Notes: generated by a model not told the origin, from the letters alone. A stretch of DNA of 43,004 nt from Acidimicrobiales bacterium (GCA_036275955.1 DASUCO010000070.1:1-43004), one strand, 5' to 3'; shown: positions 41,601-43,004, counted from the first letter of the stretch. Numbers and translations are program-made.

Positions 41601-43004
41601 TCGCCACGGAGCCATGGTTCTCGACCGTCCACGCCACCTCGATGGTCTCGCCGCCGCGCCCGCCCGCCGGCGCGCTGAACGCGGCCGCGGCGAGGTCGGC
41701 CGCCGGCACGACGAAATTGACGACGAAGTTGCCGCCGGCGGCGCCGTCGCCCGAAGGCAGCGGGAAGCCCGGCGCGCCATCGAGCGTGAGGCCGTCGAGG
41801 TCGCGGAAGGCCGCCGCCGAGCTGAACAACGTCAGGCTGTACGGCCCCGGCAGCAGCGCGGCGAAGTCGATCGCCACGCTGCGGGTGGCGTCGTCGTAGG
41901 CGAAGGCGGAGACGGCGACGTTGGTGTTGGTGAGCGTGTTGCGCAGCTGCACGTCCGCGCCGCTGAGGCCGGACGCGGCGAGCGACTCGCTGAAGGTCGC
42001 GGTGTAGTGCAGCGGCGCCGCCGGCACGCTGGCGCCGTCCGCAATCGAGCTCGCCACCACCCGCGGCGCGATGGTCGGGAACACGGTGATCGCGACCGTC
42101 GCTTCGCTCGACTCGAGCAGCGCATCCCGCAGCCGGAACGAGAACTGGTCGAACGGCGCGCCGGTACCGGCCTGCGGCGTGTAGCGCACGCGGCGCTGCG
42201 CGTCGGTGACGATGCCGGGCGAATCGAACGCCGTGCCGTCGAACTGGCGCAGCGTGCCGCGGGCCGGCAGAGCCGAGATGAAGGCGCTGAGCGCGTCGCC
42301 GTCGATGTCCGTGCCGGCCAGCGTGAGGGTGACCTCGGCGAGCTCGCCCGTGCTCACGGCGACGTTCGTCCCCACCGGCGCATCGTTCACCGGCGCCACG
42401 GTCACGCTGACCGCCGCGGTGTCGCGCCCGCCCCGGCCGTCGTCGACGACGTAGATCCAGGAATCGCTGCCGTGGAAGTCCGCGGCCGGCGTGTAGATGA
42501 AGCGATCGCCGGTCAGCTCGACCGTGCCGTGCAGCGGCGCGGTGAACGAATGCACGCGCAGCGGCTGCAGGTCCGGATCGGTGTCGTTCGCCAGCACCTC
42601 GACCATGACCGCGCCGTCTTCGAGCGTGGTCGCGGTGTCGTTGGCCGCGTCGGGCGCCTGGTTGCTGGTCACCACGTCGACGGTGACCTGCACCTCGCCG
42701 GAATCGGCCTGGCCGTCGTTCGCGACGTAGGCGAGGGTCGCGAACGGGATGCCCGCCTCGCCCGCCGGCGGCGAATAGACCACCCGGCGCTGCGCATCGG
42801 TGACCACGGTGCCCGCCGCGACGATCGGCGTGCCGTCGAACTGCGTGAGCGAGCCGGCGGCCGGCAGCGCCGTGATGCGCACGGCGAGCGCGTCGCCGTC
42901 GACGTCGGTGGCGCCGAGCGTCAGCACCACGCTCTGGTCGATGTCGGTGCTGGCGTGGTTGACGATGCGCGAGGCGGCGAGCGCCCATGCCGGCATGCGC
43001 GCCG
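14668..43004 (-). CDS. Megaprotein (more than 9,442 aa, probably 5'-partial): modular RTX-type surface/exoprotein with embedded lipase-like and metzincin-like modules
   Basis: Track ORF 14668..42996. The frame stays open for the remaining codons to the window edge, and the first residues (..RIVNHASTDIDQSVVLTLGATDVDGDAL) are mid-repeat. The stop is TGA 14670..14668. Real domain motifs occur throughout (see sub-features). GGxGxD repeats sit next to the C-terminus, as in T1SS substrates. Confidence 0.92.
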   Translation of the reverse strand, partial: ARMPAWALAASRIVNHASTDIDQSVVLTLGATDVDGDALAVRITALPAAGSLTQFDGTPIVAAGTVVTDAQRRVVYSPPAGEAGIPFATLAYVANDGQADSGEVQVTVDVVTSNQAPDAANDTATTLEDGAVMVEVLANDTDPDLQPLRVHSFTAPLHGTVELTGDRFIYTPAADFHGSDSWIYVVDDGRGGRDTAAVSVTVAPVNDAPVGTNVAVSTGELAEVTLTLAGTDIDGDALSAFISALPARGTLRQFDGTAFDSPGIVTDAQRRVRYTPQAGTGAPFDQFSFRLRDALLESSEATVAITVFPTIAPRVVASSIADGASVPAAPLHYTATFSESLAASGLSGADVQLRNTLTNTNVAVSAFAYDDATRSVAIDFAALLPGPYSLTLFSSAAAFRDLDGLTLDGAPGFPLPSGDGAAGGNFVVNFVVPAADLAAAAFSAPAGGRGGETIEVAWTVENHGSVASAASSWTDRIILSTDTIFGDADDIVLASFARSGGLAPGEGYSETLDVLLPLRQDGSFFIGVLSDALGAVAEAGTRGNNASFDAFSLTAPYADLAVEAVAGPAAARAGESIDVTWRVRNAGDSPTDAAWIDRIVLSADTTFSANDIFLGDVARGAALAAGDSYSVLRSLVLPAATGTFHILVKSDVNGAVYEKGLTQNNAGVSVAQITITPAPAPDLEVTDIVVPAGGVPGETRDFTFTVRNAGDASASVGWTDRVYLSLDGTLNGAIQVGSLARGAPLAAGESYSALVRAPLPDAADGDYYVLVRSDSEAKVFENGSEANNTRVSATRLSLRHPDLVPIAVLGDENIESGGPALVQWTVRNDGSGPALGNWSDRLYLSRDAAVSADDVLLGSFAAAGPLEAGATYSGEATVDIPLTASGEYRIIVLLDGGNAVRELAAGEANNLRSTLVEVALAPYADLVASAVSAPSLVVGDPASVTVSWTVTNQGTGEGRTETWTDSIVASADAIFGNSDDRLLARYTHTGFLEVDGSYTRSETFLLPPALNGRFNLFVTPDADGAVFEGGQEANNRAQLAGVLDVTPIPYADLVVDFVTPQPVALSGETLEFSWQVTNEGIGITNTSSWLDRVYLSPNADGSGATFLGSFSHLGFLSPDASYTRTGSVQLADGLTGTFYLMVQVPGTSNPGGSPYEFIHTTDNTRVSGPFRIDLAPAPDLVVSDIVAPQNATEGAAIDVTWTVTNDGLGRAEGSWTDRVFLRRFGETGAGTPVGSYTYQGPLDAGMSYTRREQIRLPEKVSDRFEILVFTDVADEVYEHDDEGNNQSVDDAQIALSVLPRPDLQVFSITGPDTVDAGGTASIDFVVINQGGAATSAPIWTDRVYLSLDDKITADDILVSSLVNGSALDAGDQYSSSSTVFQIPKRFRGDVYVLVSPDHNGQVDEWPNEGNNIGRHVLYVNPWPFADLVMGGVVAPVQAFEGNEVEVRYTVTNLGSGPTDRGDWTEQLWLTRDKNRPHPAAGDVLLSSVAYAGGALAKNAGYDRTVTVTLPEHVVSGTYYLMPWVDPFAQVLEDTLAVNVNPDDPNEINNNNYKARAIDLIGTPAPPPELVIAQQPDVAVTAVSADTEGVGGQAFTVSWTVENNGPGNAPSGWRDTVYLSEQPTLNAPGNHVFEIGSFSAPKSLSPGQSYTNTQTILLSPAAKGAYVIVRSGLSDLDPANDTASVATSVTDRVPDLQVTDIDTTPAFSGEKTTVSYTVTNASAHPIWSHTSYWTDEVWYSRDPSFILERATKAASIQQPGPLAAGASYTREVEISLPPGVGGDYYVYVFTNVENVKDPRAHGWPILSGGGPGYYGVHAYEYPLNNMAQAPLPVEYREPDLRVTALNAPESAAATESVAISFTVTNVGNRATRETSWTDRVYLSRDGSLDDADYLLGDFVRRSALDVGGSYVATVHATLPFDLPSGEFHLIAMADSGIGQSGWATSDLSPRLPGVRGDANGRVREFQGEGNNATSAEFEITAAPAPDLRVSTLEIDERAVRGQKFDLSYTVTNFGAATPTAQAAWDDLVYLSRDEFLDTRADRFLGSIRHTGGLGANASYSVERSYVVPTDLATEAYYVFVVTDPARTNASGEVFEGADERNNDRASAAPLIVELPPPTDLVVTAVAVPASARSGETVHLEWTVTNQSETVAASGSWTDALYLSQDAAWDIGDRALGRATFTGTLAPGASYTLSLDAGLPPATPGHYRVIARTDVFNQVHEDVNEANNRTASADTLEATVDELRLGVPLNTHLDPGEERLYRITVPADRTMRVTLRSDSDQVANEIYVRHDGVPTASAFDATYTGPLSSDLTALVPSTKPGTYYVLVRGFSGPQEGSGIRLFAELLPLAITDVQTDRGGDSSYVTLTIRGAQFHEDAIVKLSRPGIAEYEPVSWRVVDSSKIIAAFDFSGAPHGLYDLEVINPSGDTAAVPYRFLVERAIEPDVTIGIGGPRVILAGDQATYSVALQNLGNLDAPYTFFQVGVPQLNFNPILYGLPYLEFFTNVRGTPEGAEGGANEAVPWLELESIVNTDGHLTTSGYLLDQPADGFSGFSFNVITYPGLRALHERAFDAFRARMAAAFPEHDHLLEDGAEGLEDWWDAVIDTVKEIDAGVGNALSEIDFVGLYNQNEAVPDECRIPFIPFRFHVFATATTMTREEYVAHQSAEARALRDAILDDAEAPAPLVALAGDEAAWVDLYLAALEDAGLLRDDGDAPPIREKQHIVSLMATLASGILFGPAGSEIRSDADLLGFFERLRELYGHDQARPAPIEYMDFRESECFEGWVPVPLLPEFEDYDLGLSNPTHFEAFRVYVPWMGFPNRGAGLPTDFQVGGPAPVDGDEFAELDFSRYFTEEGAAGRAASITGPQTFDTQGWLPADAALPYSIGFQNAEGASRYVNEIRVVTQLDTDLDGHSFELGDIKLGDISIDVPDGRALFQTEIDFVQTRGFVLRVSAGIDRFQTPNQATWLIQAIDPLTGEVLQDATRGLLAPNDGLGAGAGFVSYSVKPKAEIATGAEISASARVLFEGQAAEDTLVLTQMVDGAAPTSHVAVQRIGATSDFQVSWQSTDDAGGSGFKHVTLYVATDGGDFKIWQRQVPDASGSAVFQGEAGHTYEFLALATDSAGNREAPAPGVNATADDSGINLGALPSVERTTPPDFGQAPAPLPQPSQNPLFAAAEAGIPAAAPATRLSEFDSVLRPFVAQAFATGIDASQSGIGPMAIVETPSGDVLVSGGASRSEIWRFGRDGGTAGAPWASLDVPVFNMAFDAEGRLWATTGGGALVQLDPASGTIVNRFGDGVTMALAVQPETGLLFVSTNSGVQTFDPASGLFTQYSRDGNLRVGSLAFDAQGDLWATTWPDRTHVVRFTDRARAEVMLEFEEGVDSLAFGREGSPLDSLLFVSHNSGELTMVDTATLREVALARGGSRGDVVATTRDGRVLVSQSGQVDVVSPAVAPKVLSTSVPADSTVLLPLPFISVRFDQDMSASVLDAASYRLVGETTGLQAAQGVIYDAATRTSLVTFHSLLADDYTLTVEDTVSSGFGLRLAADYTTGFTALGDLTGLIDVSFGSTRSDRSLGTVSFDVSITNTSDGALVLPVLLTLDPLDGYPGVPLDAAGQSHDGRWLIDLSGSLPPDGRLLPGQSSAARTVSVESPDRRRVEFSAGVSAGAAPNRAPLFDSTPPLEAVAGNPFAYDANAADPDGQAVVYHLLSAPDGMTVHAETGVVTWEVPALVPAQATVVLQAFDSRGAVTLQRFVLDIEGGNEAPRFHGLPDEALGREGEAMDFAVVAADADLDALTFWADGLPAGASFDPATRLFSWTPGFDAAGTYQLRLFAADDLSQTVASVTLLVAEGRQPPVLVKPADRFAQEGDPIRLRLDARGDGAAELRFSSTRLPFGATLHPETGVFDWTPDFTQAGVYDIPLRVSDGAQSASAVMRLTVGAANGAPVFDPQDGWETYEGQPLVINLFAFDPDNPFYGRPFRAADGSLIRFSDTAATVSVAADLLPAGASFDTETWDFTWTPTHAQAGTYELRFIATDDGGLSDEIVVPVEVLNLNRRPVIEAVQNATVQRDATMQFTVRATDPEGNPVVLSATSEQPGFPLPAFMQFTDYGDGTGVFTLAPHAGDRGDHAVKLVARDNGDGTGPALESSFVFVVSVESENEPPVLEHLGDAVAVLGQPFLLPVRVSDADQDPLAYSVAGLPGATVISTGVYGRAVVHWVPTAPGSHTVTVTASDGTEATSATFDLVVRAANSAPLLLPVGERTVAEGELLTFQLQAIDADGDAPTFSAESLPAGATLDAETGVFSWRPALNRAGTYAITFVASDGAGASSDTVAITVTNANQAPAFVPMFTQLARENAEIRFTVVAADADAEPLVLSAFGLPEGALFVPTRGELVWTPSFEQAGVHVVTFAAQDTSGGTGTMAVTLRVADVNRDPSLDESSHAFLLGEERSFTLTASDPDADDVLTFTALDLPEGATLDADTGLVTWTPGPGQAGDHVVTFVASDGVAAARQTIVMRASLEPVAPAVRIELTPRFPALPGQRVLVHAIADSLADIASLRLFAGGEEIALDANGRGTLVAGAPGKLDLTAIAVDADGIEGRAEAELKVRDAADKLAPVVSLAAIDGAIVAAPTAVSASVQDANLDFWRLELRAADGTVKVLASGEAAASGALATIDPRTLVNGFYSLELTARDIGGRLSTTEAQIEIRSAQKTEQVLRTETDLAVDLDGFQLTLERRYDSLASDTQGSFGDGWRLALRDVAVDLNMERFTDATRAVVTLPDGAREGFRFQPVAERVGPATFYRAAWRADGAHGWTLQSEGGLLTRAGGKYYDASTGQAYEPRVYTLTAPDSTRYTVDAERGVTEIRAASGARVFVSDSGITGADGAALRFVLDEDGRIVRVTAPDGGALVYRYDADGRLVAARDLADGAGQRYAYTDGKLSLALDIGDDADLGGFAQFTGRTFSGDLGAGGSDSYAFSARASEIAAAAGQVLLLRAAVEGDATLVAPGLTQLSATIFAISEEGLYELRVEGSGAYTLALAAGGDLNLDGAVDGQDSALLPPGDTGARQVLFANYGFFANQAPAVNAVLPDVLTHEGLPVTIDLGSVASDPDGDAVYYRVAGVTHGSAALTADGQSVVFTPEAGFSGAAQLEIIADDGFNVSALAELEIEVSNAELIGLDFAQRSVRLGAGASAAIRLLGDFADQADVALPLWYVNARTLDAGVAGLSADGMLTGLADGTTVLLAERGSLAAATAVAVGAPVRPSDVSVYFFGIDAYPDTLTLAPDADKQMSVMWGTSTFVTGAAQGTRYFTGDSSVISVSADGLIHAVGAGETTVTVIHKSGEQVVPVRVAAPVSGPAIVGAEGGVVQGADGHRVSIGPGQLSADTPVTIEKIDQADLAIPVPDIFDFAGAFRLDIGAGRLEQPVQVAVPVDASFAAGDKVYFFQEVDVPDEHGVMHTRWAAMETGVVGDDGYARTSSPPWPGLSERGNILMARANQPLRDVSVHLGNILNPGYLLVASTGIIGLIIYLDQVILPFAEGVAEIQAYSTWSNKSVTREVTVVDITQHTDRVRVTLPQVSPDTPGRPPIIDDVAYSVDAQGNGRLEITGQRFINPDAPEVGGESPGSDPRDLRVVFSMGATDVIVEGEDFIEASPERLVVQVPQQVLLGLSKIIVERPFSQLGLGGEEETRWIASPAAILDDPGGYGFIGSHLDNKLRVIDVARADDEDAEDVVVKEIDLGARMQVDTVATKDRTRAYVATREGIAIIDTVALQRVDADGETPEIDRIALPNDVVPTAIAIDPFDRYLYVAGRDEIFVIDIRAGADTLHQVVDVIAGLQTARGYISALAVNADDTKLYVAAPDSVLVGGANSWVTGGRDKGEILVVNIDIADAPGPEEPNTQRWHEVIGRLDGDLEPFSIRATADPDKMMFTSRLKIERGLGTIEVTNASPLAFAADVKFIDLSMKQRIEERFQLGIRNAAEVAVLPDLSYAFVADYGFPWFLGTGNPNAFIEYDDTHETGGKVGLVRDPFGDAEFIAATSPISLTFVNELELSSDGLKLYANYRGPGEVVVFDVEEFIRASKSLGDDVLKHQPIDRHADIHFDAIPIGELTKGIGMQVTDPIDLIAPTGMKRVHQENGDLEFQWHIDTSLLGTEDYTVRVYVSSQPSGDGLFPWDEPRSRDEFWDAAPGWKGADRNPHRIWTSEDIEAGTESMLLPEAVRHALTAGNRYYWGIELIVGEDVYRESASFVAQPIDTGAPYNGVTVLTHGFQFGMSFGEQAYEQPAAFMALGELIADASGGGVVLSYNKLTGEWVDRLNNKTGKDALEAGKAVVLVSDWNKESDVSDSGFSEAAADSLFASLVALDAESGGQIFGSPLHFIGHSRGTVVNSEILQRMGVHFPDVQDIHMTTLDPHDFEQESLNVPLKTIVQVISAGLSLVPGLAPVMRVVNKGLEYAERMGLAIDPIPYADFKDPDVKVWSNIGFADNYYQTLAPMDSTTLTPNGVAIEGADINLKLDGSAGFERDDYRLGFTLPSGLDFLADALGLETVKDFGLGGPHSRVWQWYAGTVDLDILEFDDNPIFRRITDEGLMARAVGLPTYRFNAEPWYTSLPLSPELADMEDAWKLEGAIWEGITAGWYYSATGGGDEDRPDEAFEGVDPAAEDNTEVTKGAEVVASVFNGGFEHGGRQSLLTHLFGDDEEKGRFPASYELPGWSFHGGEGFHINAFGEHFDIAGLFSIETDWRNLFLKPFAEKIWDFVGEKAVKFASNKLKHDAFGLPRPPDDSSSDGYKRWYEENWGEDSPNKERVEQSNKAYEKLEELVGKLVEMGIQGTPLEEALKTDEGIEGVKESIGSGIEKLLEKVFGEPGDMALLMGAGQVLKDVMGASIPEGMEGFFEDLLDQVVDLDTIRHNRLYVPADAEVLSFEIFSPVMLTKDAAIEVRFLPTTIGEGAPAAATDPVLVQLTPGFWEKNRYFVEVPEEYRGQVAMLEFKHVHLEDTIAVSFSPEDLLPGLDDPASTLSQVYFLDDIRFAPRIQLDIDDVDERELATLLIDFKPFDSSVETVLDVDWGDGVVQKVTVAAGGTHASLTRRFTDDSPSNTESDTKTVKVSGANAGAGEARFDVRNVAPEILEVLVDPSDLIEGEEVVLTGRYRDVSPDDTFTITIDWGDGTLDTLENQGPLGSQEGTFELRHKYVDDDPQTGTPADIMDLRITVQDDDLGVDEVILHPVVHNEAPELGELQLSATEIDEGGTVTLSGTFTDKGFEDTFELEVDWGNGETELIDLGPFADGNGSFSVSHTYADDDPDTGTPEDSFTIAVKLTDDDTGAAQGEATLTVRNVAPEFSGLVLTPDAIEGDTVVLAGFFADPGTDTFELLVDWGDGSGPETVFLTHEDMSFVLEHVYADDEAPGEDDVYDVTVTLVDDDTGEVEEALTVAVANAAPELFLDFASTSVDEGELVELFAEVSDAGESDELTLEVDWGDGTVETVFLTGGAAQTVPLSHVYADDDPSGTPADPYGVSVRVTDDDEDFVDASDTVTVNNVAPDVDAGPDRAVRAGQVFTLTGQFDDPGAFDTHDVQWTITNEAGAIVASRSTAAAGFSLAAGSYTATFEATDDDGGTASDSARIEVSETIIIDPIELAFSGAALNEGDTASIEVTVRGVGLLVDAYALEVDWGDGTVESGIPIELLPINAGTTLSHVYRDDRPTPQPDVYTAKVRLLYVLAPQPSQVGPAQEATFTVLNVAPSASVAVQGSTFSASVVDPGVLDTHRYDWTFSDGIVLSDAGSVVVHEGATGVTVTITDDDGGTGTASITPLAAGTGTSTGDGSLGALATLAAHARDAWTALGGDASRMATAEVRVADLGGDLLAYTSMAGGSAIITLDDDGAGHGWYADATPATSEAFDGMDVLTVLLHEYGHVLGARHANDTGSVMHESLATGVRRLPTAADFVAGTGGTGTAYLHAEHILDGGFDSGSGWNARGSVSFAGGAATLAEDERLNSGITQDFTLPGHRYLLFDIVGANFDAPGAGPGDAFEVALLDTATLAPLTGTVALSQTDSYFNVQADGTIRRGAGVKLHGLAGDVLPATLAEPISVSIDLDGLAGRAATLYFDLLGFGGHGSFVSIDNVRFDDAINSAPLAADDAASALEDGGAVLIDVLANDSDPDDDALVVSVGESSSAGAFLRVVDGRIEYDVRGLFQDLAAGATLTDWFSYTIADPSGETSSATVSVTVHGTNDAPQMSFVGNRTINELDTLEIEVSAGDLDAPADGFIFSLIDAPAGASIDPETGWFAWTPAEAQGPADYTFTIRVSDDATPSLFDEETITVTVNEVNVAPVLAAIGDFTIDELETLTFTALATDADLPDTGRTFSLFGSPEGAQIDAASGVFTWTPTEVQGAGEYSFRVRITDHGSPSLFDEETITVTVNEVNAAPVLAAIGDQTVNELETLTFTAAATDPDVPANGLTFSLVGAPEGATITAAGAFAWTPTEAQGPGAYAFTVRVTDDGAPNLWDEETLTVTVNEVNLAPLAENDSYSLDEDGTLSVPVSGVLGNDSDPDLPANTLSAILVSGPANGTLALHADGSFVYAPHANFNGIDSFEYRVSDGTLSANASVSITVLPVNDAPVNTMPGAQFTNEDSALVFSAANGNAIAVADVDDADNAVLGDEVVQVALAAGDGQLTLGSIAGLTFTSGDGSDDAAMTFTGTLAGVNAALNGLTYTPGLNFNGAAGLTITTNDLGNFGLGTPLTDTDVVMVTVGPVNDAPVNTVPGAQFTNEDSALVFSAANGNAIAVADVDDADNAVLGDEVVQVTLAAGNGQLTLGSIAGLTFTSGDGSGDAAMTFSGTLAGINAALNGLTYMPGLNFNGAASLTITTDDLGGFGSGTALSDTDVVAIDVSAVNDAPEAQADVAGTDEDHGVHIDVLANDTDADDGDTRSVVALDLAGTVGTVTIDADGGGVRYEVGDDFQHLAVGETAFDTFTYTMRDSAGATSSATVTVTITGVNDGPQFTSLPLTSLVIDPPRSSANLDSVFRAAGGTVSFALLGREKDAPAEFGVYRVDDTWGTVSGIDAGDPAYAAAALARSQVAFGKADRDGTSRTLTLEAGALYAFYAKGDKKKDAATFSIAEANADGADRVRAQFDASGALMLAWDDGKHKHDELRVRIGGLAAPAAAPYRYDADAVDVDGDTLTYSLLQGPAGAVIDAGTGELHWVPSAPGIYSFALRVSDGNGGAAEQTWQLEVAQSERTLEVRGTERNDKIEIVEDEGGIVRVTVNGETRYYSGITSLDVAALGGNDHVELDGLTMSTLVDAGAGNDKIDGSGVVVAHLQLFGGAGNDDLRGGAADDLLVGGDGRDQLRGGGGADVLVESSTLEWNCGVPSALFELRERLSGLVDWHDAYKDRLSEKPRDAAKPAAAGPARVIEWMQSFKDFGPLGQALQGAARQKSSGPLVDFLETDE
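14945..15200 (-). repeat. C-terminal RTX Ca2+-binding repeats followed by a tail of about 90 aa (candidate T1SS secretion signal)
   Basis: LGGNDHVELDG...AGAGNDKIDGSG...FGGAGNDDLRGGAADDLLVGGDGRDQLRGGGGADVLVES, followed by a non-repetitive tail ending ..PLVDFLETDE*. Confidence 0.8.
15541..15895 (-). other. DUF4114-like domain (degenerate)
   Basis: EFGVYRVDDTWGTVSGIDAGDPAYAAAAL......LEAGALYAFYA......FSIAEANADGADRVRAQ....LMLAWDDGKHKHDELRVRIGG. It resembles the DUF4114 pattern (..ANPDG.DH.......FED..GGD.D.ND.V..V) but lacks the GGD-D-ND core. Confidence 0.4.
16345..17178 (-). repeat. Near-identical tandem duplication, 2 x 417 bp (2 x 139 aa)
   Basis: Units 16762..17178 and 16345..16761 both begin VNDAPVNT(M/V)PGAQFTNEDSALVFSAANGNAIAVADVDDADNAVLGDEVVQV. 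Long DNA stretches are identical, for example ggccgcagagaacacaagcgccgagtcttcgttggtgaactgggcgcccggca at 16684 and 17101. Confidence 0.85.
17465..18333 (-). repeat. Three tandem 285-bp (95-aa) Ig/cadherin-like repeats
   Basis: The block gtt(g/c)accgt(t/g)acggt(a/g)at..tc(t/c)tcgtc... recurs at about 18041, 17756 and 17471. The protein units end ...SLFDEETITVTVNEVN(V/A/L)AP. Confidence 0.7.
18640..19155 (-). other. Jelly-roll / lectin-like domain (family uncertain)
   Basis: AYLHAEHILDGGFDSGSGWNARGSVSF..ATLAEDERLNSGITQDFTLPGHRYLLFDIVGANF....DAFEVALLD....ATLYFDLLGFGGHGSFVSIDNVRFDD. This pattern is common next to metzincin motifs in giant exoproteins. Confidence 0.35.
19200..19480 (-). other. Metzincin-type zinc-metalloprotease motif region (HEYGHVLGARH + SVMH)
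   Basis: Translation gives EVRVADLGGDLLAYTS..GSAIITLDDDGAGHGWYADATP..SEAFDGMDVLTVLLHEYGHVLGARHANDTGSVMHESL. The HExxHxxGxxH motif lies at 19290..19258 (first His is residue 7903 of the track ORF). A Met-containing turn follows 8 residues downstream. Confidence 0.65.
19600..21925 (-). repeat. PKD-like repeat array (six 'DWG[DN]G' units plus two PKD-like units without it)
   Basis: The plus-strand string gccgtcgccccagtcga(c/t), which encodes (V/I)DWGDG, or its variant gccgttgccccagtcgac (VDWGNG), occurs at about 21806, 21511, 21189, 20878, 20575 and 19992. Units run NVAPE...L....I.EG..V.L.G.F.D.....F...VDWGDG.......H.Y.DD. PKD-like units carry DTHDVQWTI and DTHRYDWTFSDG. Confidence 0.6.
21925..22995 (-). 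other. Jelly-roll-like domain split by a K/E-rich helical insertion of about 150-200 aa
   Basis: The N-terminal half is VFNGGFEHGG....YELPGWSFHGG. The C-terminal half is NRYFVEVPEEYRGQVAMLEFKHV...SQVYFLDDIRFAP. These mirror the intact copy at 18640..19155 (ILDGGFDSGSGWNARG...ATLYFDLLGFGG.GSFVSIDNVRFDD). The insert is ...NKERVEQSNKAYEKLEELVGKLVEMG...IEKLLEKVFG. Confidence 0.35.
23300..24260 (-). other. Alpha/beta-hydrolase domain, pancreatic-lipase / phospholipase-A1-like, with a complete Ser-Asp-His triad
   Basis: Oxyanion region VTVLTHGFQFG (about 24207..24240). Nucleophile elbow HFIGHSRGTVV (Ser codon 23874..23872, residue 6375 of the track ORF). TTLDPHD (Asp codon 23787..23785, residue 6404). 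GGPHSRVWQWY (His codon 23349..23347, residue 6550). All four were verified from the DNA. Confidence 0.7.
24790..25910 (-). other. YVTN-type (lactonase-like) 7-bladed beta-propeller
   Basis: About 373 aa with repeated units of the type ...TRAYVATREGIAIIDTVA / PTAIAIDPFDRYLYVAGRDEIFVIDIRAG / ISALAVNADDTKLYVAAPD / SSDGLKLYANYRGPGEVVVFDV. Confidence 0.55.
26950..27780 (-). other. Cadherin-like unit plus two Big_2-like Ig domains
   Basis: Cadherin-like: NQAPAVNAVLPDVLTHEGLPVTIDLGSVASDPDGDAVYY. Big_2 signatures: ..ARTLDAGVAGLSADGMLTGLADGTTVLLAERG and ..GDSSVISVSADGLIHAVGAGETTVTVIHKSGEQVVPVRV. Confidence 0.5.
28200..28800 (-). repeat. Short run of YD/RHS-type repeats
   Basis: FGDGWRLAL..., TLPDGAREGFRF, YTLTAPDSTRYTVD, RVTAPDGGALVYRYDADGRLVAARD..GQRYAYTDGKL. 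I verified 28261..28320 and 28741..28800 by reverse-complement translation. Confidence 0.55.
29450..32000 (-). repeat. About 9 He_PIG / dystroglycan-type cadherin-like Ig repeats (about 95 aa)
   Basis: A recurring pattern is present: N.AP.F.........G......V.A.D.D.D.L.F.A..LP.GA.(F/L)D..TG.F.WTP...QAG.Y.......DG. Examples: LPAGASFDPATRLFSWTPGFDAAGTY, LPAGATLDAETGVFSWRPALNRAGTY, LPEGATLDADTGLVTWTPGPGQAGDH. Confidence 0.65.
32660..33400 (-). other. Beta-propeller (NHL/SGL/Vgb-lyase-like blades)
   Basis: Blade-like units repeat: PSGDVLVSGG..EIWRF, FDAEGRLWATTGGGALVQLDPASG, QPETGLLFVSTNSGVQTFDPASG, FDAQGDLWATTWPD..VVRF, SLLFVSHNSGELTMVD, TRDGRVLVSQSGQVDVV. Confidence 0.5.
35690..36290 (-). other. 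PPC (pre-peptidase C-terminal)-like domain followed by an IPT/TIG-like Ig domain
   Basis: PPC-like: LGVPLNTHLDPGEERLYRITVPADRTMRVTLRSDSD..NEIYVRHDGVP...GTYYVLVRGFSG. TIG-like: ITDVQTDRGGDSSYVTLTIRGAQFHEDAIVKLSRPG...DLEVINPSGDTAAVPYRFLV. Confidence 0.5.
36300..41700 (-). repeat. 14 tandem CARDB domains (about 128 aa each)
   Basis: There are fourteen units of PDL.V......P..A..GE...V.WTV.N.G...A...W.D.VYLS.D......D..LG.......L..G.SY.......LP....G.YY..V..D....V.E..E.NN. The W-x-D cores are SSWTDRIILSTD, AAWIDRIVLSAD, VGWTDRVYLSLD, ... GSWTDALYLSQD. I checked the boundaries against the DNA at 41695..41709 and 36301..36360. Confidence 0.75.
41701..42996 (-). repeat. Cadherin-like / VCBS-type repeats followed by an SbsA-type Ig-like domain
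   Basis: Two paralogous units are present (VNHASTD..LTLGATDVDGDALAVRITALPAAGSLTQFDGT..VTDAQRRVVYSP and VNDAPVGT..LTLAGTDIDGDALSAFISALPARGTLRQFDGT..VTDAQRRVRYTP). They flank NQAPDAANDTATTLEDGAV.VEVLANDTDPD...FIYTPAADFHGSDSW.YVVDDG. Confidence 0.6.
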
